Shown: positions 8,835 to 18,703 of the stretch, piece by piece | Layout: each line of letters begins with the position of its first letter | Numbering within the stretch: position 1 is the first letter of the stretch | NCBI GenBank assembly: GCA_964546375.1 | Contig: CAZJJO010000001.1 | Location: 5,614-59,934, forward strand | Direction: 5' to 3' | Source of the DNA: an uncultured Gemmatimonadota bacterium | GTDB lineage: Bacteria > Gemmatimonadota > Gemmatimonadetes > Palauibacterales > Palauibacteraceae | DNA length: 54,321 nucleotides | Notes under the pieces: generated by a model | What the model was told of the DNA's origin: nothing | The model's database searches: none | The model's input: the letters and a program-made list of their open reading frames with translations, nothing else | Position numbers and translations under genes: made by a program

Positions 8835-10682
8835 TCATCCCGTGAGCCGCCGCCACAGCGCCCGGCCCACGAAGCGGGCCTTCTCGCCCGGGGGCAGCCG
8901 GCCCAGGGTGGTCTTCACCACGCCCTCGGTGAACCAGGTCTTGCGCCCGTAGTCGATCGCCACGTCCACCAGCACGGGCCGGTCGCCCTCCAGCAGCCGG
9001 GCCAGCTCCTCGACGGCGCCGGCGACCTCCCCGTCGTCGCGGATCGCGAGCGCCTCGGCCCCGACGCCCCGCGCCAGGTCGGCCAGCTCGTAGGAGCCCA
9101 GCCGGCTGGCCGTCCGGCGGTTCAGGGCCACGTCCTGGAACTGGGCGATCTGGGCCAGCTCCCGGTCCCGCAGCACCAGGATCCCCACGGCGGCCTCCTC
9201 CCGCGCCGCGGTCAGGACCTCGAGGCCGGTCATCAGGAAGGCGCCGTCGCCGGCCAGGGCGAGGACCGGCAGGTCGGGGCGGGCCAGCTTCGCTCCCACG
9301 GCGGCCGGCACGGAGTAGCCCATGCAGGAGTAGTCGATCGGGGCCAGCAGCTTGCCGGGCCTCTCCAGGCGCAGCCCCTCCAGGGCCAGGAAGGTGCCGT
9401 TGCCGCTGTCGGCGGTGAAGACGGCGTCCGGCCCGAAGACCCGCTGCAGCTCCCGGAGCAGGCGGGTCGGCGTCACCCGGTCGTCGTCGGTGGGCTCGAG
9501 CTGGCGCTCCCGGACCCGGTCATGGCCCTCGGCGATGCGGCCCCGCAGCTCCGGGTCGGGCCCGCGGTCGGGTCCGTCCCCGCCGGACGGGAGCCGCTCG
9601 AGCAGGGCCTCCACGAAGCGCCGCGCATCGGACCGGACGGCCAGCTCGGCCTCGAAGTTGGCGTCGAAGACCTCCCGATCGACGTCGACGTGGACGAGCG
9701 GGCCGGGGGGCTCGAAGCTCCAGCTCCCGGTGCCCACCTCGCTGAAGCGGCACCCGATCGCCAGGGTGAGGTCGCAGCGGCCGGCCTCCTCCCGCGCGAA
9801 GTCGGGCGCCGTCCGTCCGAAGCCCGGCCAGAGCCAGAGCGGATGGCTCTCGGGGAAGACGCCCTTGCCCTGGAAGGTGGTGGAGACGGGCGCCTCCAGC
9901 CGCTCGGCCAGCGCCGGGAGCCGGTCGGCGGCTCCGGCGGCGCCCAGGCCGACGTAGAGCAGGGGACGGTCGGCCCCGGCCAGCAGGTCGACGGCCCGTT
10001 CGACGGCCCCGGGGTCGGGGCCCGGCGGGTCGGGGTCGGCGGCCACCGAGGGTCGGGGGACCGGAGGCGCCTCGCCCCGGTCGGGGGTCTCGCTCCCGGC
10101 CAGCGGGAAGGAGGCCCGTCCCTCGCCGCCGGCCGGCTTCGGGTCGGGACCGGCCTCCCCGGCCGGCGCCTCGTGGCGATGCAGGTAGTGCTCGGCCGGG
10201 ACCTCCACGATCACCGGGCCCGGGCGGCCGCTCCGGGCGATCCGGCAGGCCCGGCGGACCGTCCCGTAGATCTCCTCCCCCGCGTCGGGACGGAGCTGGG
10301 CCTTGGTGACGGGCCGCGCGATGGCGAGCTGGTCGACGTCGTGGAGCTGGTAGGAGCGGCCGGAGTCGCCCCGCACCCCGCAGGCGAGGACCAGCAGCGG
10401 CACCGTGTCCATCCAGGCCTCGGCGATGCCCGACAGCGCATGGGTCAGCCCCGCGCCCGGGACCAGGTTGACGCAGCCCAGCCGGCCGGACGCGCGCCAG
10501 ACGGCGTCGGCCATGAACGAGGCCCCCTGCTCGTCGGTGACCAGCACGGGACGCACCGCGTCGGACTCGGCCAGGGCGTCGTAGAGCTCGATGTTGTGGG
10601 TGCCGGGGATCCCGAAGGTCAGGGGGACGCCCTCGTCCTCCAGGGCCCGGACCACCGCCTCGCCGCCGGTGCGCTTGCTCAT
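8835..10682 (-). CDS. thiamine diphosphate-dependent enzyme (acetolactate synthase-like family)
   Basis: MSKRTGGEAVVRALEDEGVPLTFGIPGTHNIELYDAL... and LAGDGAFLMTGLEV (ThDP-binding motif). ATG at 10682..10680. A Pro/Gly-rich insertion of about 60 aa follows the N-terminal domain. Confidence 0.88.
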   Translation of the reverse strand: MSKRTGGEAVVRALEDEGVPLTFGIPGTHNIELYDALAESDAVRPVLVTDEQGASFMADAVWRASGRLGCVNLVPGAGLTHALSGIAEAWMDTVPLLVLACGVRGDSGRSYQLHDVDQLAIARPVTKAQLRPDAGEEIYGTVRRACRIARSGRPGPVIVEVPAEHYLHRHEAPAGEAGPDPKPAGGEGRASFPLAGSETPDRGEAPPVPRPSVAADPDPPGPDPGAVERAVDLLAGADRPLLYVGLGAAGAADRLPALAERLEAPVSTTFQGKGVFPESHPLWLWPGFGRTAPDFAREEAGRCDLTLAIGCRFSEVGTGSWSFEPPGPLVHVDVDREVFDANFEAELAVRSDARRFVEALLERLPSGGDGPDRGPDPELRGRIAEGHDRVRERQLEPTDDDRVTPTRLLRELQRVFGPDAVFTADSGNGTFLALEGLRLERPGKLLAPIDYSCMGYSVPAAVGAKLARPDLPVLALAGDGAFLMTGLEVLTAAREEAAVGILVLRDRELAQIAQFQDVALNRRTASRLGSYELADLARGVGAEALAIRDDGEVAGAVEELARLLEGDRPVLVDVAIDYGRKTWFTEGVVKTTLGRLPPGEKARFVGRALWRRLTG

Positions 10683-10824
10683 CGGTCTGCATCCGCGAAC
10701 GGGACGGGGCGGCTCCGCCCGCTCACGGGGCGGCGCAAGATGGTGGTCGGCCTCCGAGACGCCATCGAGGCGGCTCCGCCCGCGCACGGGGCGGCGCGGG
10801 GGCGACGGCGGACCCTCGAGCCGC

Positions 10825-12363
10825 TCACGACAGCAGCTCCCGGGCGTCGCGGCGGATTCCCTCGGCCACCCGGTCGGCCAGCGCCATGATGGTCAGGTAC
10901 GGGTTGATCTCGACCGAGTCGGGGAAGAGGCTCCCGTCGGCGACGCGGAGCCAGGGGAGGCCGTGGACCCGGCCCCGGTCGTCGGTCACCGAGTCGCCCG
11001 GCCCTCGGCCCATGGCGCAGCCGCCCATCAGGTGCGCCGCGGAGACCGGGATCTTCCCCGGCAGGAAGCCCGCCTCGGGGATGCGGTCGCGCAGGGCCCC
11101 GCGGTCCTCCACCCAGTCGGCCTCGGCGGCCTCCAGGGTGGGCGGGGAGGCCTCCGGGGCGTGGACCCGCCGGGCGCCGGCGGCGAAGAAGATGCGGGTC
11201 GCCGCCCGCGTGCCCGCCACCAGCGACCGGACGACGCCCTCGGTGAACTCGTAGTGGACGCGGGGCTCGCCGTCGGGGCCGATCTCCACCCGGTTGCGGT
11301 CCGCCGCGGGGTCGCAGGCGAGCACCAGGATCATCTGGAGGCGCGGGAAGGCCCGCATGAACCGGGCGTGATCGGGGCCGAAGCCGGCCATGTTCTTGGC
11401 CGTGACGAACGGGAAGTACATGCAGGTCTCCAGCACCCAGCCCTCCTCGGCCGCCCGGTCGACGTAGAAGCTCTTCGGGTGGCCCAGGTCGTTGGTGATC
11501 GGCTCGTCGTGCTCGGCCACCAGGATGTGGGCGGGGTGGCAGGTGAAGCCCCGGCCCAGCGCCGGCAGGCGGTCGCCGAGGCCGGATCGGAGCAGGAGGG
11601 CCGGGGTGCCGATCGAGCCGCCGGCCGCCACCACCACGTCGGCCCGGACCTCGTGCCGGCCCGGAGGCCACGAGGAGGGCTCGCCCCGGGCGCCGGGCGG
11701 CTTCTCGCTCACCCGGACCTCCAGGGTCCGGTCCCCGCGGACCCGACGGACGTCCGCCCGGGTCACCACCTCCACGCCGGCCGCCTCGGCCGCCGGGAGC
11801 TGGACCCGGTCGGTCCCCATCTTGGCGGCGTTGGGGCAGCCCAGGTTGCAGAGGCTCGAGCCCAGGCACCCGCGGACGTTGACCGGGAACTGGCGGACGT
11901 CGTAGCCGGCGCGGCGTCCCCCCTCCACGAAGAGCCGGTTGTTCTCGTTGATCTCCTCGGCCGGGAGACGATGGACGTTGTTCTGCTCGGCGTACTTCCG
12001 TGATCGGGCGGCGACGTCCTCGTGCTCGATCCCCGGCACCCCCCAGCCCCGGATCACCCGCTCCGGCGCCACCAGCGAGGTGCCGGTGTAGACCACGGTG
12101 GAGCCGCCGTAGGCGCGGCCGAAGGCGAGGGTCAGGGTCCCCTGCTCGGTGAGGAACCCGCCCCGGTCGGCGAAGAGCGCCTCCGACATCTCCAGCTCGT
12201 CGCCGGTGAACTCGTCGTCCCGGAGCTTCGGGCCCTTCTCCAGCACCAGCACCCGGCGCCCGTCCTCGGCGAGCGGCGCCAGCCCGGCGGCCACCGTGCC
12301 GCCGCCGGCGCCGGAGCCCACCACGGCCACGTCGACCTCGTGGCTCCCGGCGGCGCCGCTCAT
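10825..12363 (-). CDS. GMC family FAD-dependent oxidoreductase
   Basis: VDVAVVGSGAGGGTVAAGLA (FAD fold) and a C-terminal ...HLMGGCAMG...VADGSLFP GMC signature. ATG at 12363..12361 overlaps the upstream stop (ATGA). Confidence 0.9.
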   Translation of the reverse strand: MSGAAGSHEVDVAVVGSGAGGGTVAAGLAPLAEDGRRVLVLEKGPKLRDDEFTGDELEMSEALFADRGGFLTEQGTLTLAFGRAYGGSTVVYTGTSLVAPERVIRGWGVPGIEHEDVAARSRKYAEQNNVHRLPAEEINENNRLFVEGGRRAGYDVRQFPVNVRGCLGSSLCNLGCPNAAKMGTDRVQLPAAEAAGVEVVTRADVRRVRGDRTLEVRVSEKPPGARGEPSSWPPGRHEVRADVVVAAGGSIGTPALLLRSGLGDRLPALGRGFTCHPAHILVAEHDEPITNDLGHPKSFYVDRAAEEGWVLETCMYFPFVTAKNMAGFGPDHARFMRAFPRLQMILVLACDPAADRNRVEIGPDGEPRVHYEFTEGVVRSLVAGTRAATRIFFAAGARRVHAPEASPPTLEAAEADWVEDRGALRDRIPEAGFLPGKIPVSAAHLMGGCAMGRGPGDSVTDDRGRVHGLPWLRVADGSLFPDSVEINPYLTIMALADRVAEGIRRDARELLS

Positions 12364-12860
12364 CGCGCTGCCTCCGGCCTCTCGTCCGATCCGCCCCGGG
12401 GCGTCTCGTCCAGCAGCTCGCCCCGGCCCCGCCCCGCGGTGTCCTCCTGCCGTCCGCGGCGCCCGCGGAGGTGGGCGCGATAGCCGATCTCGTCCCGGGC
12501 CTCCTCCCGGCCGTAGTAGCCCATGAAGGCCAGCGTGCGGAGGCCCCAGAAGCCCCGCCGGAGGAGCAGGATCGGCGCGTCCTGCATGGCCGCGAGCACC
12601 CGGCGCCGGGCGTCGGTCGGGAGGGCGGTGAAGGGGCGGCCCCAGCGGAGGACGGGGAACCACTGGAGGGCCCGGAGGAGGAGGCGAAGCTGGCGGCGCA
12701 TGGCGGGCGGGCGGGCCGCCAGGGCGTCCGCGACCACGGCCTCCAGGCGACTCCAGCTCTCCTCGTCCAGCGCTCCGGCGCGGGGCACCACCGTCGTGGC
12801 GACGGCGCGGAAGACGGAGCGGACGGAAGCCAGCTCGTCGGGCGGTTCGCTGGAGGCCAT
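12360..12860 (-). CDS. gluconate 2-dehydrogenase subunit 3-like small subunit
   Basis: 166-aa ORF translationally coupled to the GMC gene. ...AFMGYYGREEARDEIGY resembles the family C-terminus. ATG at 12860 is preceded by GAGGAG. No Tat or Sec signal is visible. Confidence 0.6.
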   Translation of the reverse strand: MASSEPPDELASVRSVFRAVATTVVPRAGALDEESWSRLEAVVADALAARPPAMRRQLRLLLRALQWFPVLRWGRPFTALPTDARRRVLAAMQDAPILLLRRGFWGLRTLAFMGYYGREEARDEIGYRAHLRGRRGRQEDTAGRGRGELLDETPRGGSDERPEAAR

Positions 12861-13042
12861 GGCTCCTCTTCCGGCCGGTGGGAGGCGGGTCCGGACCCCG
12901 GGACCCGACCGCGCCGGCCAAGCTAGCGCGGGGCGCACTCCGGGCTCAAGCCGCCCGGCGGCCCTTCCGACGACCGGGGGGACGGCTCCCCGTCGCGGAG
13001 ACGGCTCGCGCGGCGCGGCGAAGGCCGCCATGTTTCCGTCCC

Positions 13043-13852
13043 ATGCGGAGTCGGATCTTCCAGGTCGACGCGTTCACCGACCGGCGGTTCGCCGGGAACC
13101 CCGCCGCCGTGTGTCCGCTCCCCTCCTGGCCGGAGGACGCGACCCTCCAGGCCGTCGCCGCCGAGAACCGCCTCTCGGAGACCGCCTTCCTCGTCCCCCG
13201 GGGCGAGGACTACGAGCTCCGGTGGTTCACCCCCCGGGCGGAGGTGGACCTGTGCGGTCACGCCACCCTGGCGGCCGGCCACGTGGTCCTGCGGATCCTG
13301 CAGGGGACCCGCGAGGCCGTGCGCTTCCGCACCGCCAGCGGGCCGCTGACGGTGGAGCGGGAGGGCGAGCGCCTGGCCATGGACTTCCCGGCCGTTCCGG
13401 CCGAGGCGGCGCCGGCGCCCCCGGGGCTCGCCGGGGCGCTGGGCGCCTCCCCGGCGGAGGTGCTGGCGGCGAAGGACTGGCTGGCCGTCTTCGAGGCGTC
13501 CACGGAGGTGGCAGCGCTCGCCCCCGACATGGGGGCGCTGGAGGCGCTCGACCGCCGCGGGGTCATCGCCACGGCGCCCGGCCCGGAGCCCGGGGAGGGG
13601 GAGGGGAGCGGGAACGGGCCCGACTTCGTCTCCCGGTTCTTCGCGCCGAAGCTGGGCGTGCCCGAGGACCCGGTGACCGGGTCCGCCCACTGCACGCTCG
13701 CCCCCTACTGGAGCGGCCGGCTCGGCCGGCGCCGGCTCCTGGGCCGGCAGATCTCGGAGCGGGGGGGCGAGGTGGGCTGCGAGGTCCTCGGCGACCGGGT
13801 CCGGCTCTCGGGCCGGGCGGTGCTCTACCTGGAGGGCCGGATCACCTTCTGA
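13043..13852 (+). CDS. PhzF family isomerase
   Basis: MRSRIFQVDAFTDRRFAGNPAAVC...ETAFL...RWFTP..EVDLCGHATLA...FFAPKLGVPEDPVTGSAH. ATG at 13043. Confidence 0.9.
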   Translation: MRSRIFQVDAFTDRRFAGNPAAVCPLPSWPEDATLQAVAAENRLSETAFLVPRGEDYELRWFTPRAEVDLCGHATLAAGHVVLRILQGTREAVRFRTASGPLTVEREGERLAMDFPAVPAEAAPAPPGLAGALGASPAEVLAAKDWLAVFEASTEVAALAPDMGALEALDRRGVIATAPGPEPGEGEGSGNGPDFVSRFFAPKLGVPEDPVTGSAHCTLAPYWSGRLGRRRLLGRQISERGGEVGCEVLGDRVRLSGRAVLYLEGRITF

Positions 13853-13878
13853 TTCCGAGGCCCGCCCGGAAACGCGAG

Positions 13879-13909
13879 GGGCCGGGGACGGTCCGTCCGC
13901 CCCCGGCCC
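13879..13909. terminator. GC-rich hairpin between convergent genes
   Basis: GGGCCGGGG (13879..13887) pairs with CCCCGGCCC (13901..13909) as a 9-bp stem with a 13-nt loop. There is no U-tract. Confidence 0.35.
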
Positions 13910-13966
13910 ACTCGCGGCCTTCGGCCCTGGCGCCTCCCGTCCCGACGCCGTGCGGGTCCCGCCGGC

Positions 13967-15274
13967 TCAGCTCCCCCCGTCGCGCGCGGGAGGTCGAGGC
14001 CGATCCCCCGGTGGGGCGGACCGGGCATCCGGCCGCGCGTCGCCGGCCTGGGGATCCGCCGCGGCCGGAGCCGGCGCACCGCCGCGTCCCGCCGCGGGCC
14101 GAACGCTCTCGACGCCCGGCGGCGGGGGGGTCCGGCCGCGGGGAAGGCCGATCCCCCGGGCGCGGCGCAGCCTCTCGGCCCGGGCCCGGACGGCGCTTCG
14201 CCAGTCCCCGGTCCGACCCCGGAGGCTCCGCATCCGCTCCAGCGGCACCGCGGCGCCGTCGCGCCGGAGCTCGACGCCCAGCCGCTCCAGCTCCTCCCCG
14301 GCGTCGCGGCCCAGCGAGCGGCCCGCGTCGGCCACCCGCGCCAGGAGCTCGCTCCGGTCGACCCCGGGATCCCCGGGGCCGGAGGGCCCGCCCGCGGTTC
14401 GGTCGTGGCCCGCGCCGGAGCCCGGGGCGCTCGCGATGGTCGCCGGGAGATCGACCCCGGGCACGTCGAGGGCCTTCAGGCGTCGGCGGCAGTCGACGTC
14501 CGGCCCGACGGCGCCCAGCCCGTGGTGGAAGGCGCCCAGCGTCTCCGCGCCGAACAGGCAGGTGACCAGCTCCGGGATCCGGGGATCGGCCTCGAGGCCC
14601 AGGAGCTGGAGCTCGGTCCCCAGCACCAGGTAGGGCGCGTCCGCCTGCAGGTCGCGGGCGGCGAACAGCAGGGGCTCGTTCCGGAACTTCGGGTAGGACG
14701 CCCGGGCGAGCGTCCACGCGCCGGCCGGCCGGTCGCCCAGGATCTCGGCGAGCAGGGCCCCGGCGACCTCCTCCGTGCCCGCGAAGCCGCGGCTGTGCTC
14801 GAAGATCCGTCCGCTCAGCAGTCCGCCCAGCTCGAGCGGCCGCGTCGAGGCCACCGCCACCAGGTGGTTGTGGAGGACCACCGGATCGCGATGCACGAAG
14901 GCGCCGCTCAGGTGGGCGAGCATCGTCCGGCGGTTGAACGCCTGCTGGATCCCGTTGAGCCGAAAGGTGTGCCGGCCCTCGGAGAGCCGGGCCTGCCGGT
15001 CGGCGCCGGAGGGGTGGAGCAGGGTCGCGCCGACGCCGGGCTCGACCTCGAAGACGGCGACGTGGGCCGGCCGCTCCAGGCGGACGGTCGCCCGGGGCTG
15101 GACGTGATCCGAGGTCCCCTCGGTCGTGAGCCGGAGCCAGTCGCCGCCGTAGCCCGTTCCTCCGTCGGGCGTCGGAGCGGACTGGGCCCGGGCGAGGCCT
15201 AGGGGACAGGCGAGGAGGAGTCCCGCCACGAGGAGCGTCTTCGCCGGGCGCGTCGCGGCCTTCGCGCGGCTCAT
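13967..15274 (-). CDS. secreted hypothetical protein (possible DUF4384-like N-domain, Arg/Pro/Gly-rich tail)
   Basis: ATG at 15274 is preceded by GAGGAGGAG. The signal peptide is KTLLVAGLLLACPLGLARAQS. HVAVFEVEPGVGATLLHP resembles DUF4384, and the last ~90 aa are low-complexity R/P/G/A. Confidence 0.7.
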   Translation of the reverse strand: MSRAKAATRPAKTLLVAGLLLACPLGLARAQSAPTPDGGTGYGGDWLRLTTEGTSDHVQPRATVRLERPAHVAVFEVEPGVGATLLHPSGADRQARLSEGRHTFRLNGIQQAFNRRTMLAHLSGAFVHRDPVVLHNHLVAVASTRPLELGGLLSGRIFEHSRGFAGTEEVAGALLAEILGDRPAGAWTLARASYPKFRNEPLLFAARDLQADAPYLVLGTELQLLGLEADPRIPELVTCLFGAETLGAFHHGLGAVGPDVDCRRRLKALDVPGVDLPATIASAPGSGAGHDRTAGGPSGPGDPGVDRSELLARVADAGRSLGRDAGEELERLGVELRRDGAAVPLERMRSLRGRTGDWRSAVRARAERLRRARGIGLPRGRTPPPPGVESVRPAAGRGGAPAPAAADPQAGDARPDARSAPPGDRPRPPARDGGS

Positions 15275-15408
15275 GGGTCTCCTCCTCTCGGGGATCCGAC
15301 CGAGGGCCGGACGATCCGTCCGGCTACCCGCTCACTCGTACCTGGACGTTAAACGTGCAACATGGCCCGCCCCCCTGCAACCGGCCCGTCCCGCCGCCGG
15401 GCTTCACC

Positions 15409-16494
15409 TCAGGCTTCGGGCAGCGCCGCCGCCAGGTACCGGGCCGCCTCCCGCTCGGACCAGAAGTCGATCTCCCACGGCGCGGCGCCCTCGACGAAGC
15501 CGACGTGGCCGCCCCGGTCGACCAGGGCCGGGACCAGCCAGGGCTGCTCCCGGATCGTCGCCTCGGGCAGGGCCCCGGGGGGCAGGAAGGGATCGTCCCG
15601 GGCCTGCACGAGCAGGGTGGGCACGCGGACGCCCTCCAGCCACCGGGCCGCGCTGCAGCGGCGGTAGTAGTCGGCGGCGTCCTCGAAGCCGTGCACCGGG
15701 GCCGTGAAGGCGTCGTCGAACGCCCGCATGGTGTTCGCCCCGGCCAGGCGGTCCAGGTCGTAGTCGTGGCCGCGGCGCCGGACCTTCGCCCGCACCGACC
15801 GCCGCAGGGACCGGAGGAAATAGGCGGTGTAGAGCCGCCCCATGCCGCGCTCCAGCGCCTCGGCGCCCGCCGCCAGGCGGTAGGGGACCGAGATCGCCGC
15901 GGCGGCGTCCACCAGCTCCCGGGCTTCGGCCCCCCGCTCGCCCAGCAGCTTGAGCAGGGCGTTGCCGCCCAGCGAGAAGCCCACCGCGCCCACCGGCGCC
16001 CCGGGCCACCGATCGCGCAGCCGGCCCAGGACGCGGGCGGGATCGCCGGTCTCGCCCGAGTGGTAGAACCGCGGCCGACGGTTGGGTTCCCCGCTGCAGG
16101 AGCGGAAGTTGAGCACCACCGGCCGCAGCCCCCGCTCGACGAGCCGCCGGCAGCAGACCCGGACGTAGCCCGAGGTCGAGGAGCCCTCGAGCCCGTGCAG
16201 GACCAGCACCACGGGCCGCCGGTCCCCGCGGTCGGCGGCCGGGTCGAAGGCGAAGTCCAGGTCCAGGAAGTCGTCGTCCGGGGTCGTCCACCGCTCCCGG
16301 CGATAGCGCACCGGCCGGCCCTTCCGGAGCAGGCGTCCACCCAGGGTCTGGGCGTGGGGGCCCCGCAGCCAGGGGGAGGGACGGAAGGGACGGGGCGTCC
16401 AGTCCCGGACGGCCTCCGGCCCGGCCGCGGGCCGGGGGCGGCCGGGCGACGGTTCGGGTCGGTCCCTCCCGGGGTCGGGGTCGGCGCGGCTCAC
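15409..16494 (-). CDS. alpha/beta hydrolase (YheT/ABHD-like)
   Basis: PVVLVLHGLEGSS...GFSLGGN (nucleophile elbow)...DDPF...GGHVGF. The start is uncertain. I chose the GTG at 16494, and the track ORF extends to 16707. Confidence 0.8.
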   Translation of the reverse strand: MSRADPDPGRDRPEPSPGRPRPAAGPEAVRDWTPRPFRPSPWLRGPHAQTLGGRLLRKGRPVRYRRERWTTPDDDFLDLDFAFDPAADRGDRRPVVLVLHGLEGSSTSGYVRVCCRRLVERGLRPVVLNFRSCSGEPNRRPRFYHSGETGDPARVLGRLRDRWPGAPVGAVGFSLGGNALLKLLGERGAEARELVDAAAAISVPYRLAAGAEALERGMGRLYTAYFLRSLRRSVRAKVRRRGHDYDLDRLAGANTMRAFDDAFTAPVHGFEDAADYYRRCSAARWLEGVRVPTLLVQARDDPFLPPGALPEATIREQPWLVPALVDRGGHVGFVEGAAPWEIDFWSEREAARYLAAALPEA

Positions 16495-16678
16495 GGGCGC
16501 GAATCTAGGCCGGGGGTGCCCGGCGTGCAGGGCCCGCCGCGGGCGAACCGGCTCACCGGGACCCGGACCCCGGCCTCGCCCTGGCGTGGGACCTGCACCG
16601 ACGGAGGGGCCGGCCCGCGGCGGCGACGCCGCGCCGGCCCCGACCGCGAAGCCGTTCACCCGAGCCGACCGACGCGAC

Positions 16679-18703
16679 ATGTCCGCCACCGTCGACGCTC
16701 CCGACATCGCCGGCCTCGACGCCTACCTCGAGCGCTTCCGCGGCCTCGTCGAGCTGGAGCGCGAGGAGGAGATGGAGCGGCACGAGCGGGAGATCCGGTC
16801 GCTCTCGGGCGAGGAGCGCCAGGAGCGCGGGCGGGCGATCCTGGAGATGCGGGGCCGCGACGAGGGGGAGGCCCTGGAGGGCCACCTGGTGAAGTTCATG
16901 CGCCGTCCGGGACGGGAGCTGCCGGAGACCGAGATCACCGTGGGCGACCTGGTGATGCTCTCCCGCGACGACCCCCACCGGGACGACAACCCCACCGGCA
17001 CGGTGGTGGAGAGGACGAACTACTCGATCACCGCCGCCTTCGACGGACGCCCGCCCGGCTTCCTGTTCGGGAAGGGCCTCCGCATGGACCTCTACGTCAA
17101 CGACATCCCCTACCGGCGGATGATCGACGCGCTGGAGGAGCTGTCGGAGGCCGACGGGCGCCTGGCCCGCCTGCGGGACGTGGTCGTGGGCGAGGCCGAT
17201 CCGGAGCCGGGCCGACCGGAGGAGGTCGAGGGCTGGTTCGAGGAGCGGCTGGACGACTCCCAGCGCCGCGCCGTCCGCCGGGCCCTGGGCGCCGGGGACC
17301 TCTTCCTGGTCCACGGGCCGCCGGGCACGGGCAAGACGACCACCGCGATGGAGGTCGCCCGTCAGCACGTGGACCGCGGCCGGACGGTCCTGTGCACGGC
17401 CGACTCCAACGTGGCCGTGGACAACATGGTGGAGATGCTGGTCGCCGGGGGCGCCGACGTGGTCCGGGTGGGCCACCCCGCCCGGGTCACGCCGGCCCTC
17501 CGGGAGCACACCCTGGACGCGCGGGTCCGGGAGCACGAGGCCTGGCAGGCCTCCCGCGAGCTGCGCGACCAGGCCTTCGCGCTCAAGGACCGCCAGGACG
17601 AGCTCACCCACCCGTCGGGCCGCTGGCGGCGGGGGATGTCCAACGAGCGGATCCTGGAGCTGGCCGAGCAGGGGCGGGGCTCCCGGGGCGTGTCGGCGGA
17701 CAGGGTCCGGGAGATGGCCGAGTGGATCGAGCTGCAGGAGGAGGCCGACGAGCTGTTCGAGCGCTCCGACCGGCTCGAGGACCGGGCGGTGGAGGAGCTG
17801 CTCCACCGGGCCGACGTGGTGTGCGCCACGAACTCGACGGCCGGCAGCGACCTGCTGGCCGACCGCAGCTTCGACGTGGTGGTGATCGACGAGGCCACCC
17901 AGGCCACCGAGCCGTCCGCGCTGGTGCCGATCACGCTGGCCGACCGGGTGGTGATGGCCGGCGACCACCGCCAGCTCCCGCCGACGGTGCTCAGCCTCGA
18001 GGCCGCCGACCGCGGCATGGACCGGTCGCTCTTCGAGCGGATGGCGGACCGGCACGGGGACGAGGTGCTGGAGATGCTCGAGGTCCAGTACCGGATGCAC
18101 GAGAAGATCATGACGTTCCCGAGCGAGCGATTCTACGGCGGCCGCCTCCGGGCGGCCGAGCAGGTGCGGACCCACACCCTCCGCGGGCTGGGCTACGACG
18201 ACGCCCGGGTGGAGGGGGACCTCCGTCGTGTCACCCTGCCCGAGGAGCCGCTGGTGTTCGTCGACACCAGCGGCCGGGACGCCCCCGAGCGCCAGCGGAG
18301 CGATTCCCCGTCCCGGGAGAACCCCGTCGAGGCGGAGCTGACGGCGCGGATCGCGGAGAACTTCCTGTGGGCCGGCGTCCGGGCCCGGCAGGTCGGGGTG
18401 ATCTCCCCGTACGCCGACCAGGTGGATCGGATCGAGCGGGAGCTGGACGAGGAGGACCTGGAGGTGCGGACGGTGGACGGCTTCCAGGGCCGCGAGAAGG
18501 AGGTGGTGGTCATCTCGCTGGTCCGCAGCAACGAGCGGGGCGAGCTGGGCTTCCTGGAGGACGTCCGGCGCCTCAACGTCGCGCTGACACGGGCCCGCCG
18601 GAAGCTGGTGGTGGTGGGCGACGCGTCCACGGTGGGGGGGCACGAGGTGTACCGGGACTTCCTGGACCACGTCGGCCGCGTCGGCGACCGGGTGCCCGCG
18701 TGA
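16679..18703 (+). CDS. Upf1/IGHMBP2-like superfamily 1B helicase
   Basis: Motifs HGPPGTGKTTT, VVIDEATQATE, GDHRQLPPTV, QYRMH, TVDGFQGREKEVVVISLVRSN and LNVALTRARRKLVVVGD. ATG at 16679 lacks a clear SD. The alternative GTG at 16586 is the track start. Confidence 0.9.
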   Translation: MSATVDAPDIAGLDAYLERFRGLVELEREEEMERHEREIRSLSGEERQERGRAILEMRGRDEGEALEGHLVKFMRRPGRELPETEITVGDLVMLSRDDPHRDDNPTGTVVERTNYSITAAFDGRPPGFLFGKGLRMDLYVNDIPYRRMIDALEELSEADGRLARLRDVVVGEADPEPGRPEEVEGWFEERLDDSQRRAVRRALGAGDLFLVHGPPGTGKTTTAMEVARQHVDRGRTVLCTADSNVAVDNMVEMLVAGGADVVRVGHPARVTPALREHTLDARVREHEAWQASRELRDQAFALKDRQDELTHPSGRWRRGMSNERILELAEQGRGSRGVSADRVREMAEWIELQEEADELFERSDRLEDRAVEELLHRADVVCATNSTAGSDLLADRSFDVVVIDEATQATEPSALVPITLADRVVMAGDHRQLPPTVLSLEAADRGMDRSLFERMADRHGDEVLEMLEVQYRMHEKIMTFPSERFYGGRLRAAEQVRTHTLRGLGYDDARVEGDLRRVTLPEEPLVFVDTSGRDAPERQRSDSPSRENPVEAELTARIAENFLWAGVRARQVGVISPYADQVDRIERELDEEDLEVRTVDGFQGREKEVVVISLVRSNERGELGFLEDVRRLNVALTRARRKLVVVGDASTVGGHEVYRDFLDHVGRVGDRVPA

